Shown here in pieces: positions 25,101 through 37,900 of a DNA stretch of 64,000 nt. The stretch is from Rotaria socialis. Taxonomy: Eukaryota. The notes under the pieces were generated by a model, which worked only from the letters and a program-made list of their open reading frames with translations, made no database searches and had not been told where the DNA came from. The stretch covers positions 1-64,000 of the forward strand of contig CAJNYD010000549.1 in assembly GCA_905331295.1 (NCBI GenBank), in the 5' to 3' direction. Position 1 is the stretch's first letter, and every line of letters starts with the position of its first letter. The translations under genes and the position numbers were made by a program.

Positions 25101-25370
25101 TTCGCATTGAACTAGCTCAGAGCAAGACAGCAGAAATTGATCGACACAAATGCTTGAGTTAGAAGAAGCAATCATACGGAAACAGGCACACGCAGAATGC
25201 GTCGAACATGAAGCATATTCAGGCAAGCCATCACATAATTGGCATTTAGCTCGAACTATCAATACACTAGTGAATTAAGGGCAGGACATAGAATAAAAAA
25301 ATGAATCGATGTTAAAAGTTTACCTGAAAAGTACCAATATGAAATAATGCAGTCCTGTCGATCCCATCAT
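5059..25370 (-). CDS. Predicted secreted protein: signal peptide + Cys-rich domain + Thr linker + >=7 tandem LCCL domains. Exons ~25324-25370, 24980-25267, 22078-22116, 5059-7155.
   Basis: Hand splicing gives [27 protein letters not shown]...FCPPI / [13 protein letters not shown] / [17 protein letters not shown]... with GT-AG boundaries and compatible phases. The last exon has repeated V(Y/W)GT(D/G)IY..S.L.AAAVH.G LCCL motifs. The link spans a 100-N gap, and single-N joins at 6763 and 7067 disturb the last exon. Confidence 0.65.
8498..9004. mobile_element. Degenerate hAT-type MITE containing a nested palindromic MITE
   Basis: TAGAGGTGTAAGTC ... GGCCTACGCGTCTA imperfect TIRs; 8-bp flanks gttacact/gctgcact (6/8 match). 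Confidence 0.55.
8591..8784. mobile_element. GGAATT-rich palindromic MITE
   Basis: TATTCCGCAGTGTTGAACATTCCGGA ... TCCGGAATGTTCAACATTGCGGAATA; a degenerate relative lies at ~7350-7557. Confidence 0.7.
9208..9498. mobile_element. TAGGGATGTGCAG-family hAT MITE (older copy)
   Basis: TAGGGATGTGCAGTTTCAG ... CTGAAACTACAGATCGCTA; related to the 10807-12145 element. Confidence 0.65.
10243..10559. mobile_element. CCCAGGTCGA-terminus MITE (TCGGAT/ATCCGA-rich)
   Basis: CCAGGTCGA start, TCGAGCTCGG end (TTGAACTGGG in the duplicate at ~12652); internal inverted repeats. Confidence 0.55.
10807..12145. mobile_element. Non-autonomous hAT element with a nested insertion
   Basis: TIRs TAGGGATGTGCAG ... CTGCACATCCCTA; perfect 8-bp TSD ACAACAAG; the empty site is visible in the duplicate copy at ~13273-13280. 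Confidence 0.92.
10976..11833. mobile_element. TTAA-flanked non-autonomous element (Kolobok/piggyBac-like) nested in the hAT element
   Basis: TTAA at 10972-10975 and 11834-11837; C-rich/G-rich imperfect termini; ~110-bp internal inverted repeat (11141-11250 vs 11351-11464). Confidence 0.55.
12688..13061 (+). mobile_element. tRNA-derived SINE with (TTC)n tail
   Basis: Pol III A-box-like TGGCTGAATGG and B-box-like GATCGAACC in the head; (TTC)n tail; ~10-bp TSD caattatcaa/caattctcaa; absent from the paralogous copy at ~10585-10595. Confidence 0.85.
14777..14942. repeat. C-rich hexamer tract grading into (CCCACA)n, abutting an assembly gap
   Basis: cccaga/cccata/cctaac variants ending in cccacacccacacccacacc before 100 Ns. 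Confidence 0.85.
14943..15042. other. Assembly gap (100 N)
   Basis: Run of Ns. Confidence 1.
15043..15281 (+). mobile_element. 3' end of a non-LTR retrotransposon (RTE-like)
   Basis: [13 protein letters not shown]...[17 protein letters not shown] is the typical C-terminal GH..R / R.RGRP...W motif of RTE-type ORFs; stop at 15260, followed by a short (CAT)n-like tail. Confidence 0.8.
15809..16105. mobile_element. CCCAGGTCGA-terminus MITE (TACGG/CCGTA-rich)
   Basis: CCCAGGTCGA ... TCGACCTGGG perfect 10-bp TIRs. Confidence 0.8.
17748..19361. mobile_element. CCC...GGG-terminus element with GAATT-rich subterminal repeats and internal cargo
   Basis: CCCACGATCC ... GGATCGTGGG TIRs flanked by TA on both sides; inverted GAATTC-rich arms. 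Confidence 0.75.
17950..18136. repeat. ~40-bp tandem repeat (~4.5 copies) containing GTGTGGGTGTGGG
   Basis: Unit aagtgtgggtgtgggaaagagactcatactacatcaagcc; starts at 18078 and 18118 are 40 bp apart. Confidence 0.9.
22326..22615. mobile_element. CCCAGGTCGA-terminus MITE nested in the MULE
   Basis: CCCAGGTCGA ... TCAACCAGGG flanked by TT/TT. Confidence 0.75.
22750..24045 (+). pseudogene. FLYWCH zinc finger + MULE transposase pseudogene
   Basis: GFAY...YWKC...C...H.H FLYWCH motif; ADGTF at ~23313; [11 protein letters not shown]...LWN...TNN..AWH motif; broken by frameshifts and stops. Confidence 0.85.
24336..24438. mobile_element. Short internally deleted CCCAGGTCGA-terminus MITE
   Basis: CCCAGGTCGA ... 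TCGACTTGGA flanked by AA/AA. Confidence 0.6.
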
Positions 25371-25624
25371 ACTTTTATGGAAATCACACTCCTTTCTATG
25401 CCAAATAAATAGTCTCATAACGCATCATGCAGGTGTAACGTGGGTGAAAAGTCATGATTTTAGGCATTTGATATGTGAGAATTAAAATTGACAAACAAAA
25501 AGTTCACATTAGATTTTTGTTTTTCTGTGTCTGTTTGTCGTCATCTATGTATACTCGTATGAAATATTTATAATGGAACACGAGTTCATCATCATCATCA
25601 CATACATAAGGGCATGTAAAAACC

Positions 25625-25664
<40 letters not shown>

Positions 25665-25930
25665 AAGTCAGACACGCAGAAACACACTTACATACATATC
25701 ACTGCTTTGAATTTTTTCGAAAAAGAAAAGAAACAAACAAAATACACATGTGCAAGAAGATGAACAAAATTCTATGAGATCGTCGTTGATAGGAGGGATG
25801 ATGATGATGATGATCAAAACAACAGATAACAACAATACGGAAATTTTGTTTTTTGTATAAGTAAACAAAAAAAAAACGACAACACATTGACCTAATGTTT
25901 AATCATAGTTCATTCGAATCGTTTCTTTTA

Positions 25931-28752
25931 TTATTTACGTAGATCGAGTACACACACCTGAAGAAGAAGAAAGAATTCTTTTTTTTTATCGATCAATTAA
26001 AACTTACTGTTCCGTCGGAAGCACTTGCACCAACACGAGTACCTCGACTGTTCCAACAAACTTCGAAAATACCACCTGTACCTCGATAACTATGAACAAT
26101 TTCTCCTCGCTAAAAAAAAAGCAAAAAAGCGATCATAACTATCAAATATGATTTGAAATTATTTACTGCAATATCCCAAATATAAATCGCTTTATCAAAT
26201 GAACCAGTTGCTAATAAACGACCATCTGGACTGAAAGCAACCGAATAAACAGGTTCTGAATGTTTTACAAGTATATTTTGACAAACACCACGTTCAACAT
26301 CCCATAAACGTACAGTTGAATCAAATGATGCGCTATATATAGGTAAAATTTAAAGATATAAAAAAAAAATTTTTTCGTTAAATAATACCTTGCTAAAAGT
26401 AATGTTGCATTTGGATTCATTGTTCCTGGACCAGTTGGACTCCATTTAATTGTATAAATTTCTTTATTATGTGCTTGTAAATTATGAACAGGTGTTTCTT
26501 TTGACATACTCCAGATCTAAATAAAAACAAAAAAAATACAGTCGAGTATGATTACTTTCATTGCTGTTTACTTTTAATGTCATATCATCAGAACATGATG
26601 CAAGTAAACGTCCTTGTGGATCCCATTTAATAGCATTAACTTCATTTTGATGTCCGTGGAATGTTTTAATAGCTCGTAATTCACCTAGTCGACAAACATG
26701 AATTTTTTGATCTGTTGAACATGATGCAAATGTTGTATCTGATTGCCAATCAACATCGAGTGCTGGCGCCGTATGAAATGAAAATTGTTGTTCACAATGA
26801 CCAGAATTTGCATCCCATATGATCGTTGTACGATCAACACCAGCCGATAGAATAAAATTTCCTTTTTTATTCCATTTTAATGCAAATATAGGTCCTTTAT
26901 GTTGACCAAGTGTACTGACTAAATTTCCATCAGACGACCATATACGTGCGTAACCATCATAACTACCCGTAGCTAATTGTGTCCCAGATGGCTGAAATAA
27001 ATAACATAGATGGATTTTCTTTTTTCTTTGATAAATAACTTACATTCCAATCTAAACTTGTAACATCTTTATTACTCGGTACTTGCGTATCACCACGTCT
27101 AATACAATGTCTTAGAACAATTTCAGGTTCACGTGTACCTTGCAAATTCCATATACGAGCTGTTGAATCACCTGAACCAGATGCCAATAGATCATGCGTT
27201 GGATTCCATGCACAAATAAATACTTCTGATTCATGGCCACGTAAAACAGTAACACGACTTTGTGGAATTTCAACAGAACCATTGATAGTTAAATTAATAT
27301 TTGTATTCGATGAACCGGTTTGGACAGAAAGAGAATTTGGTGTTGAATTTCCTGGATAATGAGGATGATGATGATGAGTATTATTACTTGTTTCATACTC
27401 CATTGGCTCGTGTTTAGGAACTAAAACAGAGAAAAAGGTCAGATAGAGATGTTTTTCCTCTGTAAAAACTCTTCAATAAACCTGCTATATGATTGGTATT
27501 ATTAGCATAGGATGAATGTGTAGTATTATCATTACCATTTAGCATTTGAGCATAATTACCTGGTGTGCAAGATTGAAGTGCATTAGAATGTGACGATGAT
27601 GATGATGATGAATGTGTATGTCCTGTTAAAAAACAAAAAGAAAATTGTTTTACTTATTTATTTATGTTTTTTCATATTAAACAATAATTATATGTGAAAG
27701 AAATAGTACCATAATTATTTCCACCATTAGACGTTGTTGGTGTATCCATGGTACGATCAGACATATTTTGATTTGTTGATTGTGGAGATGTGTTTGTTGG
27801 CTGATGCATTGGTGAAATATCTTTATCATTTATATTCGATACTGTTGTTGCTGTTGTTGTTGTTGTTGTTGTTGTTGGTATTCTTGACGATAGTTTTGTT
27901 TCATTTTTTACACTTGTTCCAGATGAGGAAGATTGTTGTTGAAGTTCTTTACGACGATTTTCGACAATTTCAGGAACGACAGCATCAATTAAACTCAATG
28001 AATCACAAGTTCGGTCTTGACCATCCTATAGAAACAAAACAATTCAACAATATGCATCGACTCTATCTGAAGAAGTATAGACATACATCACCAATAGAGA
28101 GTTCTGCTTCAGTATAATAAAGGCCTTTTTGAATCAGTGAAAGAAGAGCACCTGGTGGTACAATATTAGCATTAATTGATGTTTGAACAATATGACTTTC
28201 AAGACCAAATAAATAGGATGAATGAACAAATCCTATATTAGAAAAATAAAATTGTTCTAGATTTTTCTTTGTCATATCATTCAAGTATACAGCTGGAAAA
28301 CGTCAAATGATGGCGACAGCACTGCGACGGACCAAAAAAGGATATCAAAACAGAAATTCAATTAACTGAATATGGCGACACAGAAAATAGGAACTATTTA
28401 TAGATTGACGTCATCTGTACAAGAGGTCAAAAGCTAGATACATGTAAATTCTAAATAAGTAACAACTCGATTATTATTATAACGCAATGCTATTCTTAGT
28501 TTCTTTTTTCCTTCATCTGCTATGATTTCACCTTCATGCTTAAAAGCATACTTGTCTGTCAAGATTTTTATTTATTTGTTTTTCCTTTTTCTACTAACTA
28601 TTTATCTTGAAATTGATAAAAAAATTTAAAAAAACTAACGAAAGGTCACGAGAGACATTTGTAAAATGATCTAGAAAATAGAAAATAATAATACCTGATT
28701 CAGATAAATATCGATAAATAAGATAATTGACTTCGTCTGATGTAAAACTCAT
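25931..28752 (-). CDS. TBL1XR1: F-box-like/WD40 repeat protein TBL1X/TBL1XR1 (ebi) homolog, multi-exon
   Basis: LisH start [99 protein letters not shown]-terminus VCVLDLRK*. Confidence 0.95.
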
Positions 28753-29994
28753 TCTCGCATTCTATACCTCGCTAATATGCGAGGATAAGTAAATAATATA
28801 AATTAATAAACAAATGCACTTTGTCGAAGATAATCTAGAAAACAAAAATACGATTAAAATAAAACTAAAATTCAAATAATCAGTTAGTCCATCATATTGA
28901 CTCGTGTGTGTGTGTGTGTGTTTTCCTCGCTATTTCTCATCATGCAGCTGCTTATTTTGATTGGGTCTCTTATCATCATAAGAGTAAACGTGTCAAGCAT
29001 GTTTCGCGTATCTATTCTAAAGACACGATGCGATGACGATGTGCTTAGAAGGTAAAAAAGTGAAGAAAAGAAACAAAAAATAAAATTTTGGCAACTACCA
29101 ATGTAATTAAATAGTTGTGTGTATGATGACTCATGCACGCGTATGTATGGTAATTTTTTTCTACCTATTTATCGTATAACATAGATAGATACCTAAGTAA
29201 TTACAATTTCGATGATTCTTACGCATGATATAATCGATTAAGCGTTGTCATCTGTTTTTTCGAAACTATGTCGCTTGTTCCTTCATTATCAACAAGGTGT
29301 TCTTACTAAATGTGGCAAAACTAGTCATGCAATATTGTGTTATTTGAAAAAAAAATGGAAAGCCAATCAAAAAGCAGGTCATGGAGTTCTACAATCTCAA
29401 ATCTTTTCGCTATCAAATGCATCAATCAAACGAGTCAGTAATACAATAAAAGGAAGAAAAACATCGGAATGTTAAAAAACAATGCGAATATTCTCGTCTT
29501 ACTCTTCGACAATAACAACAACAGGAACATCTGGTATAACAAAACAAAATGACGTACAACTATATAATTCCAGATAATGGGTCCGAATAAATTAACTAAA
29601 AGAAAAGTTTCCTACTTTGTTCTTCAATGTCTTGTTATTTTTCAATCAAACGTATATGATTTCTCAAATAACTAGAACAAATAAACATGAAATAAATCTT
29701 ACTGCTGATAACCTATCAGCCTTTGCGCACTACACTAACATGAGTCAACCGACACATGTGCATCTTTTTTTTTATAGTAGATATTTAATCTTTAAAACAA
29801 ATGATTGTTTCAAGAAGAAATGCCCTATAGAAATGAAAGTTCACTTAATTACGTCTTTTAAATTCTTTAAATAGGGTCTATCAGCCGGTACTCTTTACTT
29901 TTTAATATAAGGCGAAAGAAAAATGTTCTTTAACTCAATCTTAGCCTCAAAAAAAAAAAAAAAAAAAAAGATGATAAAAATTTTTAAAAAAAAG

Positions 29995-30026
<32 letters not shown>

Positions 30027-31234
30027 TGATCAAGATTTTTAATTACAAGGAAGATACATAAAAAAAGATCAAACTACTTAAACTAGAGACTATAGTTTTT
30101 GAAAACTGAATACTCACTTCTATTGTTCAATATTACATTTGTACTCGAGTTTTTATCGGAAATTAATGTATTTATATACAAAAAAAAAATAATAACATAG
30201 GATATTACTTCTAGTCAATGTCTATAATCTCCGACTGAATATCTTCAAATACAATACCTTTATATGTGTGATAATTTCAATTCCAAAACAACAAATGGCA
30301 CAAAAAATTCTTTAACAATGATTGTAACCAATAGAATTCGATAAATAATAGTAGAATGACATGAATTTTATTCGTAGAAAACAGTAACGGAAAATATTGT
30401 CGATATGATCGAATGTTATTTAAATGTTCTGAAAAAAAAAGAGAATAAAGAAGAAAAAGAGAAAAAAATTGCTCTGTCTCAAACAACACACGTGTGTGGT
30501 TGGTTGTGACGATGATGATGGTGTGCGAACATAAAGCGCACTTTTGGTCTGTTTCATGTCCTTCTTTTTTACCCTTCTCCGTTGCCCGCTTCATCCCTAC
30601 ACTTATACACATACTCCCTCTCACCATCAGATGCGTGCTCTTATACGCATTTTTTTCTACTCGCATACGCGCGCGCGCGCGCAAGCTGCCGGGCACGAAG
30701 CAAAAGCGCGCTTGTTTTTTTCTTTTCTTTTTTCTCTTTCTTTTTTCTCTCGTTCTTGCTTTGCTATGCGACCTTATGATCGAATACGACGACGTCAAGC
30801 AAGTCTACTGCTGCTACTAATTCTACTATTATTACTACTACTACCGCCACTTTTCACAGAGTAAGAAAGAAAACCTAAGACAAAGCCGGCATATCTGCAT
30901 TATCATATTATTTAGGTCATAGAAGACAAAGATATTTAATGAAACGACCATATTAAGAGGAGAAAAACAAACGGCGACGTTAGCAAAAACATTTCGTAGA
31001 CAATAGATAATTGAATCATAGCAAAAGAAAAGAATATATAATATAAAAAAAAGCAAAAAAAAAAGACAGCTGGTGGCTAAATGCCAAGCCATTATGACCA
31101 TTATGAGTCATGCATCATTATTTCTCTGTTCTTTCGCCGTCTCTTCTATTTACGCTTCCCTCGAGCAATTGCACTACGATCTCTTGTTATTTTTCTAACA
31201 CAACAACTATTATTACTTCGACAGACATGCACAC

Positions 31235-31283
<49 letters not shown>

Positions 31284-33882
31284 AATGCCTGCTTAGCGTC
31301 ATGCATATAATTGTAGTATGTTTTATCGAGGTCATCAGTAAAAAATATAAGAGGAAAAAAGCCAGCTGTTTTTAGCAGAAAAATAACTTAAACTATATGT
31401 AATATAAATCTGTTACGAAAACGGATCTGATAGTTTTTTCTCTATGGCTGATTTAATAAAATATTTGGATCTTGATCAATGATTATAGAAATATGGTGTC
31501 TATAAGAGTAAACCGTGTCACAAAACTTATATATAACGGGTGGCCCATAAAAAATTGGCCTGCTAGTATTTTTGAATTTTCTCGTCTTTCTTGAACACGA
31601 CGAGAGTGTCTTTCTTTACCAAACAATTCCCCGTGCAATTCTCTACAAAGAATGTATGAAAAAATAATTTTATTTTTCAAATATTTTCTCGCATCGAGCT
31701 ATATTTTTTCGAAATCTCAGATATCCAAACATAACGATAGAACATTGGTTTTCAATATAAATTAAACAATAGAGCTTTTTAAGGCGTACACGATGGCTAC
31801 TATGACTTTTCTTTCTTACGAACGATGAGCAGATAATACCCGAAAAATCTGCTGTTCAATTTATCCACGTTTATTTTTTTTCCACATTTTAGTACTTATC
31901 ACAATGTCATATGATTAATTGAGAATAATTACAAATTTTATAACATTTATACTATACTGACAAAGATGGGCCTGTCGGAAGTTCATTATGTTTTTTTCTC
32001 ATCAACTGTCAAAAATAACCACTGAAACTTGTCTAGAAAATATTTCATTGAAAACATATACTAGGCTAAATGGATTAATATTATTTCCTCTATAATTAAT
32101 TTGATAGAAAAGCTTTTTGTTTCTGACTCTCTCGATCCATGCATAATTTATATTCGTGATCGGAATGAGAAATACTCGCTCGATAAGGATTTTGTTGATG
32201 AATTAGTCTTCGGTAAACAATTTTATTAAAAACAAAAGTTCTGTTTCAATAGTACTTAATTCATGATCCATTGATTATAATAAAACAATACTATAACTCT
32301 TCATCACGATTTGAACTCTTTGACATTGAAGTTGATGGCACATCAATGGCAAATACGCACTTCAAAGCGAGGGTGGAAGTGCCGGTTCGGAACCTCCAGC
32401 ATCTCAGCACGTATGGAAATGAATCAAGAAAGCTACCTTCATTTTCAATAGTAGAGGTGACTTTTTTCTTGAGTTATTCACAGAATCTGAATGAGAATTA
32501 TTTCAGAATAGAAAAGCCAACAGAAAGAGAAAAACATCCTTCGAAAGTAACCGTCTATCAAATTGAAAAATGACATACCATTGCATTTGTATAGCTTTTG
32601 CACATAATTTTATTAGCTTGAAAATCATCATTGAATTTGAATTGTTTTCCACAATTTTGTTGTGTATTTTATAAAAATTCAATTTTTAACACCTGGATTC
32701 CCTCTCATGGGCCGAAAAAACTTTTTTGTTCTGGCTTTAATATAGATAGTCATATTTCCATAAAGATCCATGAATATTCAATTTATACTGCTTGAAAATA
32801 GGTCAGTTCGATGCACAATGCTTTTTTTCTATCAGAATATATAAGAACGACTTAGATATTCAATGTTTTTTCTCTCGATAAATTCAAAATACCGTCCCGA
32901 TAGAGTCATACAATTAGAAATAATACTATTCTCAATTTTATTAAGTGTAGTTTTTCGAGGTGTACCAGTAAGATTTTCTTATCGGAATCGAATTTCTGCC
33001 ATTGCTTGACTGATACTTGATAGTTTCAAACAGAATAATTTCTATGTGGATACTCTGATAGACAAAAACATTCTGTACCGAAGTGGCCTATTTTCAAACA
33101 GTATAAATCGAATATTCATGGACCTTGGGGACAATAGCTGTTTTTAAGTCTTCCCGAGAGTGCTTCAGATCTTTCTTAGTGTCCAATGAAAATTCAATGA
33201 TGATTCTCAAGCTAATAAAATTAGATACAGGTTTTCAGTGAATTCAGGTTCCTAATTTGGCACACCACTCTTTCGATCGTGGAATTAGTGTATTCATCAT
33301 GATTGAAGGAAAACAATGAATTTAACAGAGAATTATGTCATCCTGTTGTATACTTCTTCTTTTCCACAACTACTAACATTTCTACCAATAATTTCTAAGT
33401 CAAATTCAATCGAAGGTTCATCTCAATAAACTTTAAATCTATAAAAAAATCTCGCATATGATAGTCACTATCCGTTTCATCCGACTCATTTATTAATCTA
33501 AATTCGAAGCAAATGATAAATATCTTCTGCTTATAACATACAAAAATAACACAAAAAAAGAAAGAACAAACATGAAGAGAAAAAAAACTGATCATCAAAG
33601 ATAGAGACAAGTCAGGTTAAACAGAATAATTGAAACAAACAGACAAACTACAAGACAAGAAAAACAGTTCTCCTTTCAAAGATATTTTCTAATAAGGAAA
33701 TTATTTTACAACCGGTAGAATAATTTTCATGCGCATATTCGAAAATTATCAGTCATTCTCAAGGACGGACATCTTTATGCGCAGATAGAATAAAAGGAGA
33801 ACCAATAATTATTATAATATATATTTATATGTCTTTTTTTTTTGTTTAACTTTTTCTATTATTTTTAATATCTACACTACAA

Positions 33883-34918
33883 TTAAACTTTCTTCTTATG
33901 GCCTCGAAAGAGTCTTTCAAAAACGTTCATCTTTTTGCTAGAATCATGTTTATCGTGTGTCAATGCAAGTTCATCTAAAATATTTCCTGTAGATGTTTTC
34001 AATGCTGGGTTCATTGGAGAAAGTTTAGTATTCATCTCATGACCATTGTTCATAGTAGGATAACTACTATCACCTGTTGATTGAGACGAATAGGAATTTT
34101 GATGTTGTGGTTCTAGTGGTGATTCATCATTATTTATTGAACCAGAATCGTTAGTTGGACTAGTAGATGATGATGGAACAGGACGTTTGTTTTCATGTTT
34201 AGCTGATGAAAAAACTGAAACAGGAACATTTCGTCGTTGACCCGCAGGAGAAACAAGACGATTTTCTTCGGGACGTTTCGTAGATCTAAAGGTATGAAAA
34301 ATATCTTTACTCAAATTGCTAAGTAGTTAAGTACTAAGAGAATATTTTAGATTGATTCAACACGGAGTTCTTTGCTCTATTTCCTACTGAATAAAAAATA
34401 AACTCGAGAGCTCTCCAGAATGAAAGTAGAAACTACTATTTTGACCTATATCATAATTCTAACCTGTGAAGATCGGTACCAGATGCATTGGAATCTTTTT
34501 TATCCAGACTTCCTAGTATGGAAACTTTGTTTCGAGATATTGTACTAGTAACAGATGATGTTGACGCTGATGATTGAATGTGATTTGTTGCATAACGATG
34601 AGTAGGAATCGATGTACGTGATTTATTATCAATTATTTTAGGTTGATAATGATCATGAAAGGCTAGATTTTCATCATTATCGGTATCCATTAAATTTCCA
34701 TGAGAATTTCGTACACGCATTCCATTTGCATTTCTTGTATATGCTAAATTATGTCCACTGGCTACACGTTTTGTTAATGGTGTTCGATCATTATGCACTG
34801 TTCGAGGTGTAACAGGAATACGTGGTGGTGGTGCATCACGACGAGTACTTGCTGGTGTGAATTTCGATGATGGAACAGCTGTCGAAGTATTATCATCAGA
34901 ATCATTTGTTGAACGATG

Positions 34919-34951
<33 letters not shown>

Positions 34952-37900
34952 GTGATTATTACAACGTGCTTGAGCATTTTTTAAACGTGCACGACCATCA
35001 ACTGATCTTGAACGTTGACATTTATTTGTAAGATTTGTTGATGTTGACATGGAATCTTGTTTGTTTGGAATATTTGGTGAATCATCATATTCGATTTCAT
35101 ATGTTTTTAGATTATTTTGTTTAGGTTGTTCTTGTCGTGGAGGTTTATTTAATAAATTTGCACATAGATTAGAACTCGATTTTGATAATGAAGATTTTGT
35201 AGCTGTATATGCAAGACGATTAAATACAGAATCATCTGCTGTACTACCATTGCTTGGTGTTGTATGACCTAGAAGATAGAATTTGAAGAAAATAATTATA
35301 GTTGACATTTTTACCTGAAGGTACTTGTGAATCATCAGGTGAGATTTTTTTAATTTGTGGTATATTGGTTCGTGTGAAAGTTGGAGGTAACTGTTGTTTA
35401 TTTAAACGTATTGGATGAACACTATCTGATGATGTGGTACTTGATGTTGATTGTGGACGATGACGTAAATATTCTTCATCTTGAAATTGATGAAAAGAAT
35501 CAGATGGCATATAGGAATGATTTATAGGTCGAAAACCATTGGGTCCTGTTGGATATACTTGTTGCATATAGAGATTATTATTATTGTTGTTGTTATTAAC
35601 GTTTTCACATAGATATTCTTGTTGTTCTCGAAATAGATCACGTTGTAAACGTGGTGGAATCGCAGGTGGTTCATCTGAAAAATTCATATAAGTACCATTG
35701 ATGAATGTTGACGATGAATAACCGTTGCCAACAGTTGAAGTGTCATGATAAATATCATCGTGACGTAGTTGTCGACGACGACCAATTATTGATTGATAAC
35801 CAGTTGTTGCACTTGCTGGTGGTGGTTGTATAGGACGATTGAAATTAGCCCATGGATCGTTTGGTTGAAGATCAGTTGGATAGAACGAATCGAAGTTTGA
35901 CTGACGTGGATAACCATTCGAATTTTGACGATACAAACCGTTTGTATTTGGTTGACATTGTGACATGGTCATAAGACTATTCTGCATTTGACAATTAAAA
36001 CGTTCTAATGCTCGACGAACACTTGAGAGTAAAAGAGATAAGAAAATTTCCTACTATGTTAACGTGATTTAAACTTACATGGGATCATCAGAATAAGATG
36101 ATTGATTAAGATTATTCGCTGTATACATTGATGCATACGATGATGCAGGTAGTGATTGTTGTTGTTGTTGTTGTTGAGGTGGAGGAGGAGGAGGAGGAGG
36201 AGGATAATAATTATTTGTAGAAGGATGAACAGGTGTAAATGCTGATGATGGTACATTAGAATATCGAACATCATTGTCAACTGATGGTTGATAATTTCTA
36301 GGCGACGATGCTTCTATTTTAGGAGATGTTACTGTTGGATTTTGATGTGGACGAGTATATTCACAACTATATGCGGAATATGTTTGTGTTGGAGTTGCAT
36401 AATTAACAGATGCTTCGGTTGTACGAACAAAATTCGGGTCAAGAGATTTAATTATTGTAGAATTTGTTTGCAAATCAGTTCCATTTGATGTTAATACTTC
36501 TTGCGGCTGCTGTTCTTGAAGTTGATCCGACGAATGATTCCGTTGGAGTTGAACTGTATTATTCATATCGGGATTTGTGATTTCGTTGATAGTAATATCT
36601 CTAGATGAAAGCATATCTTCTGAATGTGCACGTTGACGTAGACTACCGGATGGCAGTGGTTGGTGATGATTCTTTGATGTAACATAAATCGGTTGTGCTG
36701 GTACACGCATGATTGGTATGTCATGATCATTATTTGAATTTTGACTATTTGTAGATGGCTCTGACATATCGGCGGATGATGTTGAACAAAATCGTTGATG
36801 TACAGAAACGTGAGCTGGTCTATTCAATGATGCCAGAGGTACTGCTGAATCAGGATAACGCATTGGACGACTATCATTATGTGTTTGCAATGAACCAAGT
36901 GTATAACTATTGGTATACCATGCTTCATTTGAATCATTATTTGTTACTGGTAATGTGGCTGCTGGATTCGGTGGAATAGTACGCTTTAAGTTTGTTTCAA
37001 GTCTAATTAATGCACGTCGTGTGATGGGATCTTGAATGTCATCATAATTTGTTGGTTTTGTTTGTGCCAATGAACGGCTCTTCTCATCGAAACGTTCGAG
37101 TGCACGACGAATAATTGGATCTTGTAATTCTTCAGGTTTGACGGTATACGTGTTTTGAAATTGTTGAGTTGCACTATTGGATTCATGATTTTCATGGCGA
37201 TCACGCATACGCTCGAGTGTATTCAAACGACGACGACCTTCAAGTTGAAGGCGATAAGGAGACAGCGTTTGCTGCTCAGTTGATGGGTGTGAAATCACTG
37301 TATTTAACGAACCGTTGGCGGCTGAAGTAACTAATGAATTTAAATTTTCCGCTGCATTTCCGTAACCATTTTCATTTGCCATGGATGAATTAATTACCGG
37401 TGGATTTTCTTGTTGCTGATGACCTTCAGAATCATTAGTCGTCGTAGATTCGCCTGGAACAGCTAAATAAAATAGAAATTGTAACGTTAAAAGAAAATTT
37501 CTTATATACTACGCAATGATGTTAATCGTATAAAGAAACAAAAGATTTAATCAAGGTCCTTGCAGCTATACTTTGTATGATATTCAATCACGCGATAATA
37601 ATCATAATGAACAAAAAAAAAGAGAGACAGAAATTATAAATTTCATTTTCAGTAGTGATGATGGTAGCCAAAGGACTCGTATTACTCTCTTCGCTTCTAT
37701 TCGTGAAAAAACGAAAGAAAGATATTTGATTGCTGCCATGGCAGTTATGATAAAAGACCAGCACCGCACAAAGCAAATATGAACTTTTTTTTCCTGTTGC
37801 TCTAAGCTTTATATTCACGCTGTTGTACACTCCTGCTTTCTTTCTTTTTTTTCAAATCATTAAACAAATGTCTTTTCAATATATCGAGCTTAGGCAGAAC

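Noticed and set aside
30277..31310. Cluster of overlapping ORFs around a CG-dinucleotide tract
   Set aside because: Low-complexity translations of poly-A/T and dinucleotide repeats; probably the TBL1 upstream/promoter region, but no TSS evidence.
31536..33300. Tc1/mariner-like left end (TA-ACGGGTGGCCCATAAAAAATT) and possible old element
   Set aside because: No matching right TIR or identifiable transposase motif, so boundaries are unsupported.
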